Shown here: piece after piece, positions 18,092-28,131 of the stretch | Position numbering within the stretch: position 1 is the first letter of the stretch | Layout: every line of letters starts with the position of its first letter | Virus record (IMG/VR): IMGVR_UViG_3300032092_000043 | Span: 1 to 53,844 of that record | DNA length: 53,844 nucleotides | Strand: one strand, 5' to 3' | Source: a virus | Taxonomy: Duplodnaviria; Caudoviricetes | Made by a program: the position numbers and the translations under genes | Notes under the pieces: generated by a model | What the model saw: the letters and a program-made list of their open reading frames with translations, nothing else | Told to the model about the DNA's origin: nothing | Databases searched by the model: none

Positions 18092-18771
18092 ACTGGTGCG
18101 ACAACTCCAAACTCTTTACTCGGCACTGCGATGCGGTCAGCGTCCTATTCCCAGCGTGGGAGCGTGCGTTTGTTGCTGTGGCCAAGCACCACCTAGCCAA
18201 AGTATCCGACGAGGCCCTCAAGGCTCGCATGGAAGAGTTCATTTGCGAAGAGCTGGCCCACGCAAGTGCCCACGACGCCTACAACGCTCGAGCTGGTATC
18301 ACTGAGGTGGCCAACGCCGAATACAGTAAAACCCGAATTATTCACCGCCGACCCGGCAGTAAGGTATGGCTTGGCACGATGGTGTCAATTGAGCACTTTG
18401 CGGCCTGCATGGGCAGGATGTACCTTGATTGGTTCAAGGGGCGCGAGGGCCGTGAGCACAAATTGTTTGCTTGGCACTCCCGCGAGGAGATTGGCCACAA
18501 GGACCTAGCCATTGACCTTTGGCGCAGTTTAGGCTACTCAGATGCTGACTTGCGGGCAATTGCAAGGCAAAATCAGGTATACGTCATCAAATTTATCGTG
18601 GGTTATACCTTGCAGGGCGTCAGTTTTAGGCGTTTGAAAGACTGGACTGACTTTGCGCAATGGGCGTGGCACATGACAACCAAGGTATTTGTGCCCATGC
18701 TCAAGATCTATTTGCCCAATTTTCACCCAAGCAAGGTGGATGATTGCCGCTATCTGGAGGTTCTAGCATGA
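18088..18771 (+). CDS. Ferritin-like diiron protein (predicted metal-dependent hydrolase family)
   Basis: FPAWE, EExxH, IEHF, WHSREEIGHK metal-ligand pattern. Confidence 0.7.
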   Translation: MNWCDNSKLFTRHCDAVSVLFPAWERAFVAVAKHHLAKVSDEALKARMEEFICEELAHASAHDAYNARAGITEVANAEYSKTRIIHRRPGSKVWLGTMVSIEHFAACMGRMYLDWFKGREGREHKLFAWHSREEIGHKDLAIDLWRSLGYSDADLRAIARQNQVYVIKFIVGYTLQGVSFRRLKDWTDFAQWAWHMTTKVFVPMLKIYLPNFHPSKVDDCRYLEVLA

Positions 18772-19253
18772 GCGGCTTAGGCATTCACCCAGTCAGCTCA
18801 AAAGAGCACATGCTTGAACCCACCGACATCTTTGCGGTGGCCGCGTATGAGGACAAGCGCAGCCAGCAAATTGTTGCCGCTGCCGCAAAGAAGGCAAGCG
18901 TCTCTGTTGAGCGAATGCTTTACTCAATGATGATTCAAGAGTACAGCGACAAGGGCTTGATCCGCATTCGAGCAGGAAACACGTTGTTTACCATTGCCGC
19001 CTTTGAAGGTCGCGTGGGCTGGGTACGCAGCTACAACGGCGACACAGCAGACAACTTGGTCAACAACATGATTGAATTTATGCAAGCGTCCCGCAAGATT
19101 GGTTTTGATGCTCTTTTTGCAATGACGCACACGCCTGAAATTGTCAGGGTTTTAAAGTTGGCAGCAAGAAAAATGAACGACCCAGCCGTCAAAACAAAAT
19201 TTGATAGTGCTAATGGTGTTTTTGCCGTTTCCACTGGTGAAAAGAGGGCCTGA
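18768..19253 (+). CDS. Hypothetical protein preceding internal virion proteins
   Basis: GGAGG RBS, ATGA overlap at 18768; possible GNAT-like fold is a guess from position. Confidence 0.55.
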   Translation: MSGLGIHPVSSKEHMLEPTDIFAVAAYEDKRSQQIVAAAAKKASVSVERMLYSMMIQEYSDKGLIRIRAGNTLFTIAAFEGRVGWVRSYNGDTADNLVNNMIEFMQASRKIGFDALFAMTHTPEIVRVLKLAARKMNDPAVKTKFDSANGVFAVSTGEKRA

Positions 19254-19255
19254 GT

Positions 19256-22200
19256 ATGGGTTTTGTTTCTGACGTTGTTAGCGGGATTGGCAATGCCGTC
19301 GTTGGCGTAGTCACTGGTGTTGTTGACCTTGCTGGTGACGTTATCAAAGGCGTAGGCGATGCTGTTACTGGCGTTTTAAAAATAGTTGAAAATACTGTCA
19401 CGGGCATTCTTAAAGACCCGCTTCCAACCCTCTTGCAAATTGGCGGCGCAATGGTGGGCATTCCGCCATATGTGACGGCTGCTGTGATTACAGCGTCAAA
19501 AGGTGGAAAGCTTGAAGACATTGCCAAATCTGCTGCTGTTTCTTACATAGCTTCTGAGGCCCTTGCCAGCACCAACATTGGCAAAGAAATTGGCAAATTT
19601 ACCAAGACTTCTGGAAGCGATTTCACCAACTACATGATGGAGAATTACAGCCTTCCAGCAGACGTTGCTGTGTCCGTTGCAAAGGCTGCGACTGCAAGTT
19701 TGAACTCTTCAATTATTGGTGGCTTGAATGCAGCAATCAGCGGCAAGTCAATTACCAGCGGTATGGCAACAGGCTTTACGTCTGGTCTTATTTACTCGTC
19801 AACAAACAGCTATTTTGACTCTTTAAACAAGGACCCAAATTGGGGCTTTAGCAACAAAGCTCTAGACCTAATGAAGGGTTCTGCAAGCACCGTTTTAAAC
19901 ACAATTGTTTCAGGCAAAGGTGACCCCTCACAAGCACTCGGGAACTACATTGCCTACGCCACAATTAACTTGGCTGGAACAACGCTTGCGCAGACTGCAA
20001 AGGATGCCTACAAGGTCTTTACGACTGACACCGAGGCGGCAAAGCTTGCTCAGGACAAGTACGTCACGGCCAAGGCCGAGTACGACACAAAAATCACTGC
20101 TGGAGAAAAGCTGCGCAATGAAATAAACGATGAGGCTAAAGCTTTTGAGACTAAAGTTGCCGATGAATTTACACCGTTCAAAACAAGCTACGACGCAATA
20201 ATTGCAGCAAACGAAGCGGCGGTTAATTCATTCAATTGGGAAAAGTCGCGCTTTGACGAAAACAAGTGGGCTTACGAAAATTACCAAACCAAAATGGCGC
20301 AGGACGGCTATCAAATTTACGACGAGGACGTGGGTAATTATTACAGAATGGTTCCAGTCACGGATAAAGATGGTCAAGTTGAATACCATTTACAGTTTGC
20401 GCCAACCAAGCAGTCATATGCCGACAACGCAAACGCCGCAGCCGTAGTGGCAAATGCCGCTGCGGAAAAAGCGGATTTAACTTCCAAAGAAGCTCAAGCG
20501 CTGTACGACGCCAACAAGGACATGCTTGATACGTTGGGAACAACCAAAACTGCAATTGACGAAAAAATTGCCAAGCTCAATGTCATCAAAAGCGATGTTG
20601 AGGACCCAACCGTTGAAGGCTCTACGGCAGCAGCGTTAAAGGCCGCCTCCACCGCCTATCAAACAAAATACGACGCTTGGTCCAAAACCAAAGACGCCGC
20701 TGACCGCTCTGCTGAGAACTACACCAAGGCCTTGGCTGAAGTGGCCACACGCGACGCAACCATTGACGCATTGAACACTGGGGCAATTACCGTTTCCAGC
20801 AAAGACACAAGCGGCAATTGGCTGTTGTCTAACGGCATGACGCTGACGTCGCAAGGTAAGTTCATGCAGGACGGCGCTCAGGTGTTTACAGCCGCCGCTG
20901 GCATTCCTCAAAAGGTCATGGATTTCAAAGCCTCTGACGGCTCCAATGTTGACTTCAATGAAAACTCTGGCCGTCTGCTCTCAGAGACTGACGTAGAAAA
21001 TATTTGCAGACGTGACTATGGCTTCACGCCAACGGCAGCAGAGATTGAGGCAATTGCTGGCGGAACGTACAACGCGCTTGGCAACGACGACATGACCAAT
21101 TTGGCCAACAAAAAGGCCAGAGAGACCTACTTTGCTGTTGTTGGAAAAGATCCGACCGCGTCTGAGCTTGAGACAATTCGCAAGACGGGCAAGGTAATTG
21201 ATGGTGCGGCTGACGCCGCCATCAACGGTCTAGACTTGCCTGCGGACTATGTCTTCCCTGACATGTCAACGCCAGAAAAAATCTCTCGTGGCCAAGCCTA
21301 CGCCGCAGCAAGGGCAAAGTACGGACCAAAAGCAATTTTTGAGTGGACTGACCCTGACACTTTGGTGACAAAAAAATACACCACAGAAAACAGGGAAGAA
21401 AAAGCTGCACGACTTGCAAAGGCCGCGCAAGATGCGCAGAACCGTATCAACCTCATGCCATCTAACGACGTTGCTGGCGCAGGTCGCGGCTTCTTGGGCG
21501 GCAAGCCCGCTGGAGCTGAAAACATCTACCTTGGCAAGAAAGACAACAATGTCTACGTTGATACTCGCGAATACGACGCATTAGGTAACGTGACTAGCGG
21601 CTCTTTAGGCCTTGCTGACGACAAGACCGCAACCAACGTCCGCGCAACAAGCATTGTTGGGCAGATGATTGCTACGGGCGCACAGGGTTTTGGTGAGCTG
21701 ATGCAAAGCTACGCAAGCGGCGCAGCCCTTGCTTCAGGCGGCGACATGAGCAACGCAACCTACAACTTAGGCAAGGCGCTTGAGACTTGGGGCAAAGACC
21801 GCGACGGCGCGGACGTTGTCAGTCAATCCAAAAACATGGAAAGCGCAATTGAGCGGGCAGGTAAAGAGGGCAACATTTTTACGCAGATTGGCATACTGAC
21901 CAAGGCCGCAAAAGACAACCCTTTGGGCATGATTTCAGCCATGGGCAAAGAAGTCGTGCAAGAAGGCCCGGGGTGGGCCGTCGGTGCTGTAGCTGCCGCA
22001 GGCCTTTTGGCCGTCGGTGGTGGGGTTGCTGCGGCTGCCTTGACCGCTGCTGGCGTGGCCGCCGCCATGGACGGCATTGAGTCGTTTGGTGCAGGTGGTC
22101 GCGAGGCCTACGACGCCTTGAAAAAGGCTAATGTGCCCGAGGACCTCGCTCGCGAAAAAGCAATTGTTAACGGCGCAATTCACGCCGCCGTTACCGCGCC

Positions 22201-25200
22201 AGCCGAATTCCTTGCGGACAAGACTTTGTTCAAAGCCTACCTCAACAGCGTCAGTGGTGGCGTTAAAGAGTATGCAGCTAAGTACGGCTCAACAATTGCC
22301 ACAAACGCGGCGAGTGAGTTTATTGAGGCCGTGCCTCAGAACCTGTCAACTCAACAAATTACCACTGGCAAGATGGACCTCAAGACGGCCACTGCTGGCG
22401 CTTTTTACGAGAGCATGATTGGTGGCGGAACAGCCACCTTGGTGCTTGGCCCAGCAGCCATCAACGACGCAGTAATAGTTGCAAAAGATTACGCTGGTAA
22501 CAACGTAACCCTTAAAGAGTTCATGGACGGCACTCGTGACGTCAATCTAAACACCTTGGATTCCTCTGCAACCATTGGAACCTCAAACAACGGCGGCACA
22601 GTGACGCTTGGCGCATTGACTGCTGTCGGCACGGACATTGGTCTTTCTAACACCGAGCTAAAGACCTTCCTGCCAGCCAGCGTAACCGATTACAGCTCTG
22701 TGGTTTACAAATCGGCTGACGGCACTGCGGTGACCCTTGGCAACATCGACTCCATTGTCAAGAAAAACCCAACGCTGGACTTTACGACCGTGCTGGACAC
22801 CGTCTACACCACCAGCGCGGCAGACTTTAAGGTCGTCTTTAGCCCAACCGTTTTGAACGGCACAGCAGACCTCAAGCCTGCAACCGATTACGAAACAACG
22901 GCCAAGGCCGCAGGCTTTCCAAGCTACGCCGTTTACCAGCAGTACGGTGGCGACATATCGGCCTACAACAACGCTCAGAACACTAACTTGGCTACTGCGG
23001 CTGGCTTCCCTGATTACGCTGCGTACACTAAATTCAATGGCGATTTGGCTGCTTACACGGCGTCAAAGACAACACCACCCGTCGTAACCCCTCCCGTTGT
23101 TACACCCCCAGTTGTCACGCCTCCTGTCGTTACTCCGCCTGTTGTGACCCCTCCAGTGGTTACACCCCCCGTAGTGACGCCGCCTGTAGTTACGCCGCCC
23201 GTGGTCACGCCCCCTGTGGTAACGCCTCCAGTTGTAACTCCACCCGTTGTAACGCCGCCTGCAACCGACGTGACAATGGACGCCGTTACCAAGGCCATCA
23301 ATGACGCAATTGCTGGCATTCAGTTGCCCGCAGGCGTCAGCATGGACTCTGTGGTCACGGCCATCAAGAATTTTGCCGCTCAGAACCCAACGCTCAATGC
23401 TGCTGACGTAACGACGGCAATTGCTGCATACATGAAGAGCAACCCGCCAGTCAGCATGGCTGACGTGAGTACGGCGATGGCCACGGCCACAAAAGGCTTG
23501 GCCACAAAGGCTGACATTGCCACAGCAATTGCGGGCATCAAGTTGCCAGCAGGTATCACTACCGCTGACGTCACGTCTGCCATTGAAACTTACATGTCCA
23601 AGAACGCTGGTCTTAGCGCCAAGGACGTGACGGCTGCTGTCAAGACCTACATGGACAACAACCCCGGCCTTGCGGCTGCGGACATCAAGGCCACAGTTGA
23701 AGCGGCAACCAAAGACTTTGCAACTAAGAAAGACATTGAAACCGCGATTGCTGGTATCAAGTTTCCTACAGGAATTACGGCGGCTGACGTCTCTGCTCAA
23801 ATCACGGCAGCTCTTAAAGCAAATCCCAACTTGACTGCGGCGGACGTCACCAAGGCGATCACGACGTACATGCAGAACAACCCCGGCGTGTCGGCTGCGG
23901 ATGTTTCAACTGCAATTAACGCAGCAACTAAAGATTTGGTCACCAACGCATCAATGACAACGGCATTGGCTGGCGTTACTGCTGACGTTAAAACCAAGTT
24001 TGATGGCCTTACTCAAGGTCAAAAAGATATTGTTGCTGCTCAGGTAAAAATGGGCACGGACCTTAACACGGCCATCACCAACGCAGCCGCGCAAACTGCA
24101 ACTCAAATTGCAGGCGTCAAAACCGACATCAGTAATTTGTCCGCTGACGTCAAGATTAAATTTGATGGTCTCACTCAGGGCCAGAAAGACATCGTTGATG
24201 CACAAGTCAAGATGGGTGTCGACATCAACAAAGCAATTGATAACGCGACCAAGCAGACGAGTGAGCAGATCACCAACGTCAGGACCGACCTGACAAGAGA
24301 CATCAAAGACGTTCAAACGCAGTTCAACACTCGCGTAGACGAGCTGGTGCTGCAAGGTAAAACGTACCAAGAAGCCACGCAAGAGGCTTTGAAAGAGCTT
24401 GGCACTGGCGTAAGTGGTTTGCAGACCAGCGTTACTGATATACAAGAAAAAGCAAAACAAGCCGCAAAAGTCGAAGCTGCAAAAACCAAACAGGCCAACG
24501 TTAACAGTGGACTGAGCAGGGCCATGTCGTTGATTGCGCCAACCCTTGGGGCTGGCTTAGTGGACACCTCAAGCCCCGGCTTTGCAGATATTGGTTTAAA
24601 AACCACAGGCGAAGCAAAATTTGAAGGGCCGCTTGAGCAATACCTCAAGATGGTCAAAGAAGGCGATTACACGCCAAACCCAACCCAGCCAGAAACTCAA
24701 CAACAGAACCAGCAGGTGGCCCAAGTGCAAGACGAACTTTCAACCCCACAGCCTCAACCCCAGCAAGGGTCTGATTATTTCAACTACGGGCAGCAGACCG
24801 ACATCAATGACTTTCTGGGTGGCGGTCAAACTCCGACGCTTCCGTTTAAAGCTGGTGGCCTTGCGACGCCTTTGTTTGCGGGTGGCGGCACAACCCGCTA
24901 TGGCCACTACGCTGGGGGTGGCTTGAATGTGGTTCACCACTCTGGCAAGCCACGGCTGGACTTCCGCACAGGCAACGCTGTCACGGGACCCGGGGACGGG
25001 CAGTCCGATGACATCCCCGCCATGTTGGCCGATGGGGAGTTTGTTTTCCCTGCTGACGTGGTGGCCGCGCTTGGAAATGGCTCAACCAAGGCTGGAAGCG
25101 ATAAACTCTACGACATGATGCACTCTATTCGGGCGTATCACAGGTCGGCAAAACCAAAAGATTTACCGCCACCCGCAAAAAAATCACCTTTGGATTACCT

Positions 25201-25231
25201 GACAAAAACTGCACGCAAGGCTAGGAGATAA
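19256..25231 (+). CDS. Large internal virion (ejection) protein
   Basis: 1991 aa, Ala-rich helical, hydrophobic stretches, tandem repeats, C-terminal GPGDGQSDDIPAMLADGEFV domain. Confidence 0.7.
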   Translation: MGFVSDVVSGIGNAVVGVVTGVVDLAGDVIKGVGDAVTGVLKIVENTVTGILKDPLPTLLQIGGAMVGIPPYVTAAVITASKGGKLEDIAKSAAVSYIASEALASTNIGKEIGKFTKTSGSDFTNYMMENYSLPADVAVSVAKAATASLNSSIIGGLNAAISGKSITSGMATGFTSGLIYSSTNSYFDSLNKDPNWGFSNKALDLMKGSASTVLNTIVSGKGDPSQALGNYIAYATINLAGTTLAQTAKDAYKVFTTDTEAAKLAQDKYVTAKAEYDTKITAGEKLRNEINDEAKAFETKVADEFTPFKTSYDAIIAANEAAVNSFNWEKSRFDENKWAYENYQTKMAQDGYQIYDEDVGNYYRMVPVTDKDGQVEYHLQFAPTKQSYADNANAAAVVANAAAEKADLTSKEAQALYDANKDMLDTLGTTKTAIDEKIAKLNVIKSDVEDPTVEGSTAAALKAASTAYQTKYDAWSKTKDAADRSAENYTKALAEVATRDATIDALNTGAITVSSKDTSGNWLLSNGMTLTSQGKFMQDGAQVFTAAAGIPQKVMDFKASDGSNVDFNENSGRLLSETDVENICRRDYGFTPTAAEIEAIAGGTYNALGNDDMTNLANKKARETYFAVVGKDPTASELETIRKTGKVIDGAADAAINGLDLPADYVFPDMSTPEKISRGQAYAAARAKYGPKAIFEWTDPDTLVTKKYTTENREEKAARLAKAAQDAQNRINLMPSNDVAGAGRGFLGGKPAGAENIYLGKKDNNVYVDTREYDALGNVTSGSLGLADDKTATNVRATSIVGQMIATGAQGFGELMQSYASGAALASGGDMSNATYNLGKALETWGKDRDGADVVSQSKNMESAIERAGKEGNIFTQIGILTKAAKDNPLGMISAMGKEVVQEGPGWAVGAVAAAGLLAVGGGVAAAALTAAGVAAAMDGIESFGAGGREAYDALKKANVPEDLAREKAIVNGAIHAAVTAPAEFLADKTLFKAYLNSVSGGVKEYAAKYGSTIATNAASEFIEAVPQNLSTQQITTGKMDLKTATAGAFYESMIGGGTATLVLGPAAINDAVIVAKDYAGNNVTLKEFMDGTRDVNLNTLDSSATIGTSNNGGTVTLGALTAVGTDIGLSNTELKTFLPASVTDYSSVVYKSADGTAVTLGNIDSIVKKNPTLDFTTVLDTVYTTSAADFKVVFSPTVLNGTADLKPATDYETTAKAAGFPSYAVYQQYGGDISAYNNAQNTNLATAAGFPDYAAYTKFNGDLAAYTASKTTPPVVTPPVVTPPVVTPPVVTPPVVTPPVVTPPVVTPPVVTPPVVTPPVVTPPVVTPPVVTPPATDVTMDAVTKAINDAIAGIQLPAGVSMDSVVTAIKNFAAQNPTLNAADVTTAIAAYMKSNPPVSMADVSTAMATATKGLATKADIATAIAGIKLPAGITTADVTSAIETYMSKNAGLSAKDVTAAVKTYMDNNPGLAAADIKATVEAATKDFATKKDIETAIAGIKFPTGITAADVSAQITAALKANPNLTAADVTKAITTYMQNNPGVSAADVSTAINAATKDLVTNASMTTALAGVTADVKTKFDGLTQGQKDIVAAQVKMGTDLNTAITNAAAQTATQIAGVKTDISNLSADVKIKFDGLTQGQKDIVDAQVKMGVDINKAIDNATKQTSEQITNVRTDLTRDIKDVQTQFNTRVDELVLQGKTYQEATQEALKELGTGVSGLQTSVTDIQEKAKQAAKVEAAKTKQANVNSGLSRAMSLIAPTLGAGLVDTSSPGFADIGLKTTGEAKFEGPLEQYLKMVKEGDYTPNPTQPETQQQNQQVAQVQDELSTPQPQPQQGSDYFNYGQQTDINDFLGGGQTPTLPFKAGGLATPLFAGGGTTRYGHYAGGGLNVVHHSGKPRLDFRTGNAVTGPGDGQSDDIPAMLADGEFVFPADVVAALGNGSTKAGSDKLYDMMHSIRAYHRSAKPKDLPPPAKKSPLDYLTKTARKARR
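23072..23260 (+). repeat. 12 x TPPVV coding tandem repeat (15-bp unit)
   Basis: Counted directly; identical peptide units with differing codons. Confidence 0.95.
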
Positions 25232-25233
25232 AC

Positions 25234-26265
25234 ATGTCAATTACTCAAGGCTCACCGTTACCGGATATTAAAACAACCGAGACGCGTACCGATACCGCGC
25301 CGTCTTACTACACTGACTATTTGTCTGGGCTTTCAAAAGCTGGGGAAACAGCTTTAGGAAAATCTCCAACTCAGGCCGTTGCTGGCTACGACCCATTGCA
25401 AGTTATGGGGTACAGCAATTTGCCCGGTGCTACCACCTCGTACCAACCCACCTTGCAGGCCGCTCAAAACACCGCTGCTCAGGCCGCAAAAGGCATCAGC
25501 CCTGAGCGCATTCAAGCCTTGATGAACCCGTACACCAGCAACGTGGTGGACGAGATGGCTAGACTGTCTCAGCAGAACGTGCAGCGCAATTTGCTGCCTA
25601 CCATGAAGGCTGGCTTTGTTGGCACGGGCGGCCTTGGCAGCCAACGCTACGCAGGCGCTCTTGGACAGTCCATGGCAGACATTCAGGCGGGCTTGACAGG
25701 CCAACAGTACGGCGCACTGTCAAAAGGCTACAGCGAGGCTCTAAAGGGCGCGTTGGACGAAGCCCAGTTGCAGAACTTGACCGCTGGTACTCAAGGCAAG
25801 TTGGCCCAGCAAGAGCTGGACACAGGGCTGACTGCTGCTGGCGCTTTGACCAAGGCTGGTGCGGAGCGTCAAGCATATCAGCAGAGCTTGTTGGACCAGC
25901 CCCTCAAGACCGCAACGACCGCATCTGGCCTTATGCGTGGCTACGAAGTTCCGCAAAGTCAAACCTCGACGTTTGTTGGGCCAAAGGCTGGCTCTTACCA
26001 AACCTCGGATTTGGCCAACATTACTGGCGTGCTTTCGCTTCTTGGCAGCGCTGCTGGCGGAAAAGGAATTGAAAAGGTAGGCACTGCGGGCGCGGACCTG
26101 TTCAATTTTCTTAAAAGGCAATTCGGCGATAGTATTTCAAACGTTAATTTTGATGCAAACGCCCTTCCAAACAGCATGTCAGTTGACGACTATAACGCTG
26201 CAATTAACGGCTGGGTAAAGCAAGACGACGGATCATATGTTGACTCCGAAGGCGAACCTGTTTAA
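25234..26265 (+). CDS. Internal virion / DNA pilot protein
   Basis: Q/A/G-rich; MNPYTSNVV, GGLGSQR, GAERQAYQQ motifs typical of ejection proteins. Confidence 0.65.
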   Translation: MSITQGSPLPDIKTTETRTDTAPSYYTDYLSGLSKAGETALGKSPTQAVAGYDPLQVMGYSNLPGATTSYQPTLQAAQNTAAQAAKGISPERIQALMNPYTSNVVDEMARLSQQNVQRNLLPTMKAGFVGTGGLGSQRYAGALGQSMADIQAGLTGQQYGALSKGYSEALKGALDEAQLQNLTAGTQGKLAQQELDTGLTAAGALTKAGAERQAYQQSLLDQPLKTATTASGLMRGYEVPQSQTSTFVGPKAGSYQTSDLANITGVLSLLGSAAGGKGIEKVGTAGADLFNFLKRQFGDSISNVNFDANALPNSMSVDDYNAAINGWVKQDDGSYVDSEGEPV

Positions 26266-26273
26266 GGTAAAAA

Positions 26274-28130
26274 ATGGCTGAAACTAAAACCCCATCGGCT
26301 GCATATTTATCTGGAGAAGATCCAGAAATTGTTGCGGCAAATAAACGCTATCAAGACGCGGTAGCTCGACTTTCGGACTCTTTAAGCAATCGCAAAATGT
26401 TGTTTGACCCGACCCTTTTGGCTATGGCCGAAGGGTTCTTAACGCCTACTCAAACTGGTAGCTTTGGTGAGTCGTTGGGTAAGGCTGCTGGCAAGGTCGG
26501 AGCAGCTCAAGAAGTGGAAGACAAGCGACAAATGGGCCTTCGTGAGCGTGAGGTTGCCGTTGCTGGACAAGGTATTGAGCTTCAGCGCATGAAGGCCCGC
26601 GACGCGGAGCTGCTCAAGTATTTAAACGATCCACAACCCCAGTCAGGCCCATTAACTGGTCCACAAGCAGGCGCTATTGCTGGGCCGAAGGCTGGCCCGT
26701 TGTCTGGAGGCACTCCCGCAGCCGCAGAAGCCCCAGCCGAAGGCGCTCCCGCCGCTGGTGCTTTGTCGCAGGCGGCAGCGCTACCCGCAGAACCCAAAGT
26801 TGTTGGATCACCTCAAGGTGCGCTGGATTCAATAAAAACCAACAAGCCGTCCGGGTTTGAGGGCGTTGAGGGCATTCAAGTGATGCCAGCAAACCCTGAC
26901 TTTATGACAGCACGCGATTACATTCGGTTGAATCGTATGGATAAGAGCAAGTCTGCTGGTGACCTCATCAAAGAGGCGCAGGAGATCAATCAAAAGCGTT
27001 ACCGAGACAAAGACATTGGCGTGGTGGACTTGGCGAGTGGCAAGCTGTACGAATTCCCAACAGGCAAACAGGAAACGGTCACAATTACTGGTTATCCCGG
27101 AACGCACACTATTGACGCCCGTGCCGCTGCCAGACTTAGTTTTCTTGCCATGAACAACGATCCCGCTTATCATGATTTGGCCAAACGAATTATGGAGGGA
27201 CCGCGCAAACGTGATGAGCCAAGCGCAGTTCAAAACAAGCCCTCCGAGGCAGGAAGCAAGCCCTCCGAGGTGGTGGGCACACCAAATGTATCAAGCGGTA
27301 CACCAAGCGTGTCAAGCGGTGGCCGCAAATCTGTGCAGGAGTTGGCTCTTGACGCAAAGAAAGCTGAAAATGAATTGGCCATCCCGCAAGAAGAGGCTGT
27401 AACACGCGCTAGAAAACTTGGTGAAGCTGGCGCTGCAAAAGAAGCGACGCTTGAAGAGACGGACGCCACAGCACGCCGTGTTTATGGCAACGTGACTCGC
27501 GTTCAAGATTACCTCAAGCAAAGCGGAAACTACTTTGGTATTTTTGCCCGCCCCGGCGTTACCGCCGCAATAAGCACCTTGATCAAAGAGGGTATCCAAA
27601 CCCCTAGTGGCACGTTGAGCCTTGCTGGGTTTGAGGACAGCATGCGCCAGATGATGCCGGGAGTAAAGCAAAAGGATCTGGACAACGTCACCAAGGCGGC
27701 AGCAGAGCTTGCCGAGGTTGAGCTTGCTTTCACCCGTTTGTACTTAGCCAAGCAGGGTGCAGTGACTGAGGGCGAGCGCAAGATTGTTCGCGCCATCCCC
27801 GGGACTGTCAGCAGCAGCCCCGAGGTGCTCCGTTCTCGGATGGAGCTGCTCAAGTCACGTTCGCAGTTTGACATCGATACCGCTGACGCATTTCGCCAAT
27901 GGCAAGACAAGAACCCCGGTCGCTCATACCTCGAGTTTGAGCGCAAGTCGGACCTGTACAAGGACATCAAAAAGGCCTTTGAGGCCGAGACCGAGAAGAT
28001 TTTTGGTGGCATCAAGGCCGTACCCACAAGTCAGCGCAAGCAAGAAGCTGCCGCTGCGGGCAACCCAAGCGCTGGCTTTATTCGAGACCCCAAAACTGGC
28101 GTGATCCGACGCAAGAAAGAAGGTGAGTGA
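26274..28130 (+). CDS. Internal virion (ejection) protein
   Basis: Helical, position, QGAVTEGER motif. Confidence 0.6.
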   Translation: MAETKTPSAAYLSGEDPEIVAANKRYQDAVARLSDSLSNRKMLFDPTLLAMAEGFLTPTQTGSFGESLGKAAGKVGAAQEVEDKRQMGLREREVAVAGQGIELQRMKARDAELLKYLNDPQPQSGPLTGPQAGAIAGPKAGPLSGGTPAAAEAPAEGAPAAGALSQAAALPAEPKVVGSPQGALDSIKTNKPSGFEGVEGIQVMPANPDFMTARDYIRLNRMDKSKSAGDLIKEAQEINQKRYRDKDIGVVDLASGKLYEFPTGKQETVTITGYPGTHTIDARAAARLSFLAMNNDPAYHDLAKRIMEGPRKRDEPSAVQNKPSEAGSKPSEVVGTPNVSSGTPSVSSGGRKSVQELALDAKKAENELAIPQEEAVTRARKLGEAGAAKEATLEETDATARRVYGNVTRVQDYLKQSGNYFGIFARPGVTAAISTLIKEGIQTPSGTLSLAGFEDSMRQMMPGVKQKDLDNVTKAAAELAEVELAFTRLYLAKQGAVTEGERKIVRAIPGTVSSSPEVLRSRMELLKSRSQFDIDTADAFRQWQDKNPGRSYLEFERKSDLYKDIKKAFEAETEKIFGGIKAVPTSQRKQEAAAAGNPSAGFIRDPKTGVIRRKKEGE

Positions 28131-28131
28131 G

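Noticed and set aside
23053-23319. Minus-strand GGVTT-repeat ORF, or the repeat as a CRISPR array
   Set aside because: It is the antisense reading of the TPPVV tract; units are contiguous 15-mers without spacers
25170-25230. In-frame A_AAA_AAA near the end of the giant ejection gene as a second frameshift site
   Set aside because: No strong downstream stem seen, and the -1 frame gives an unremarkable short tail
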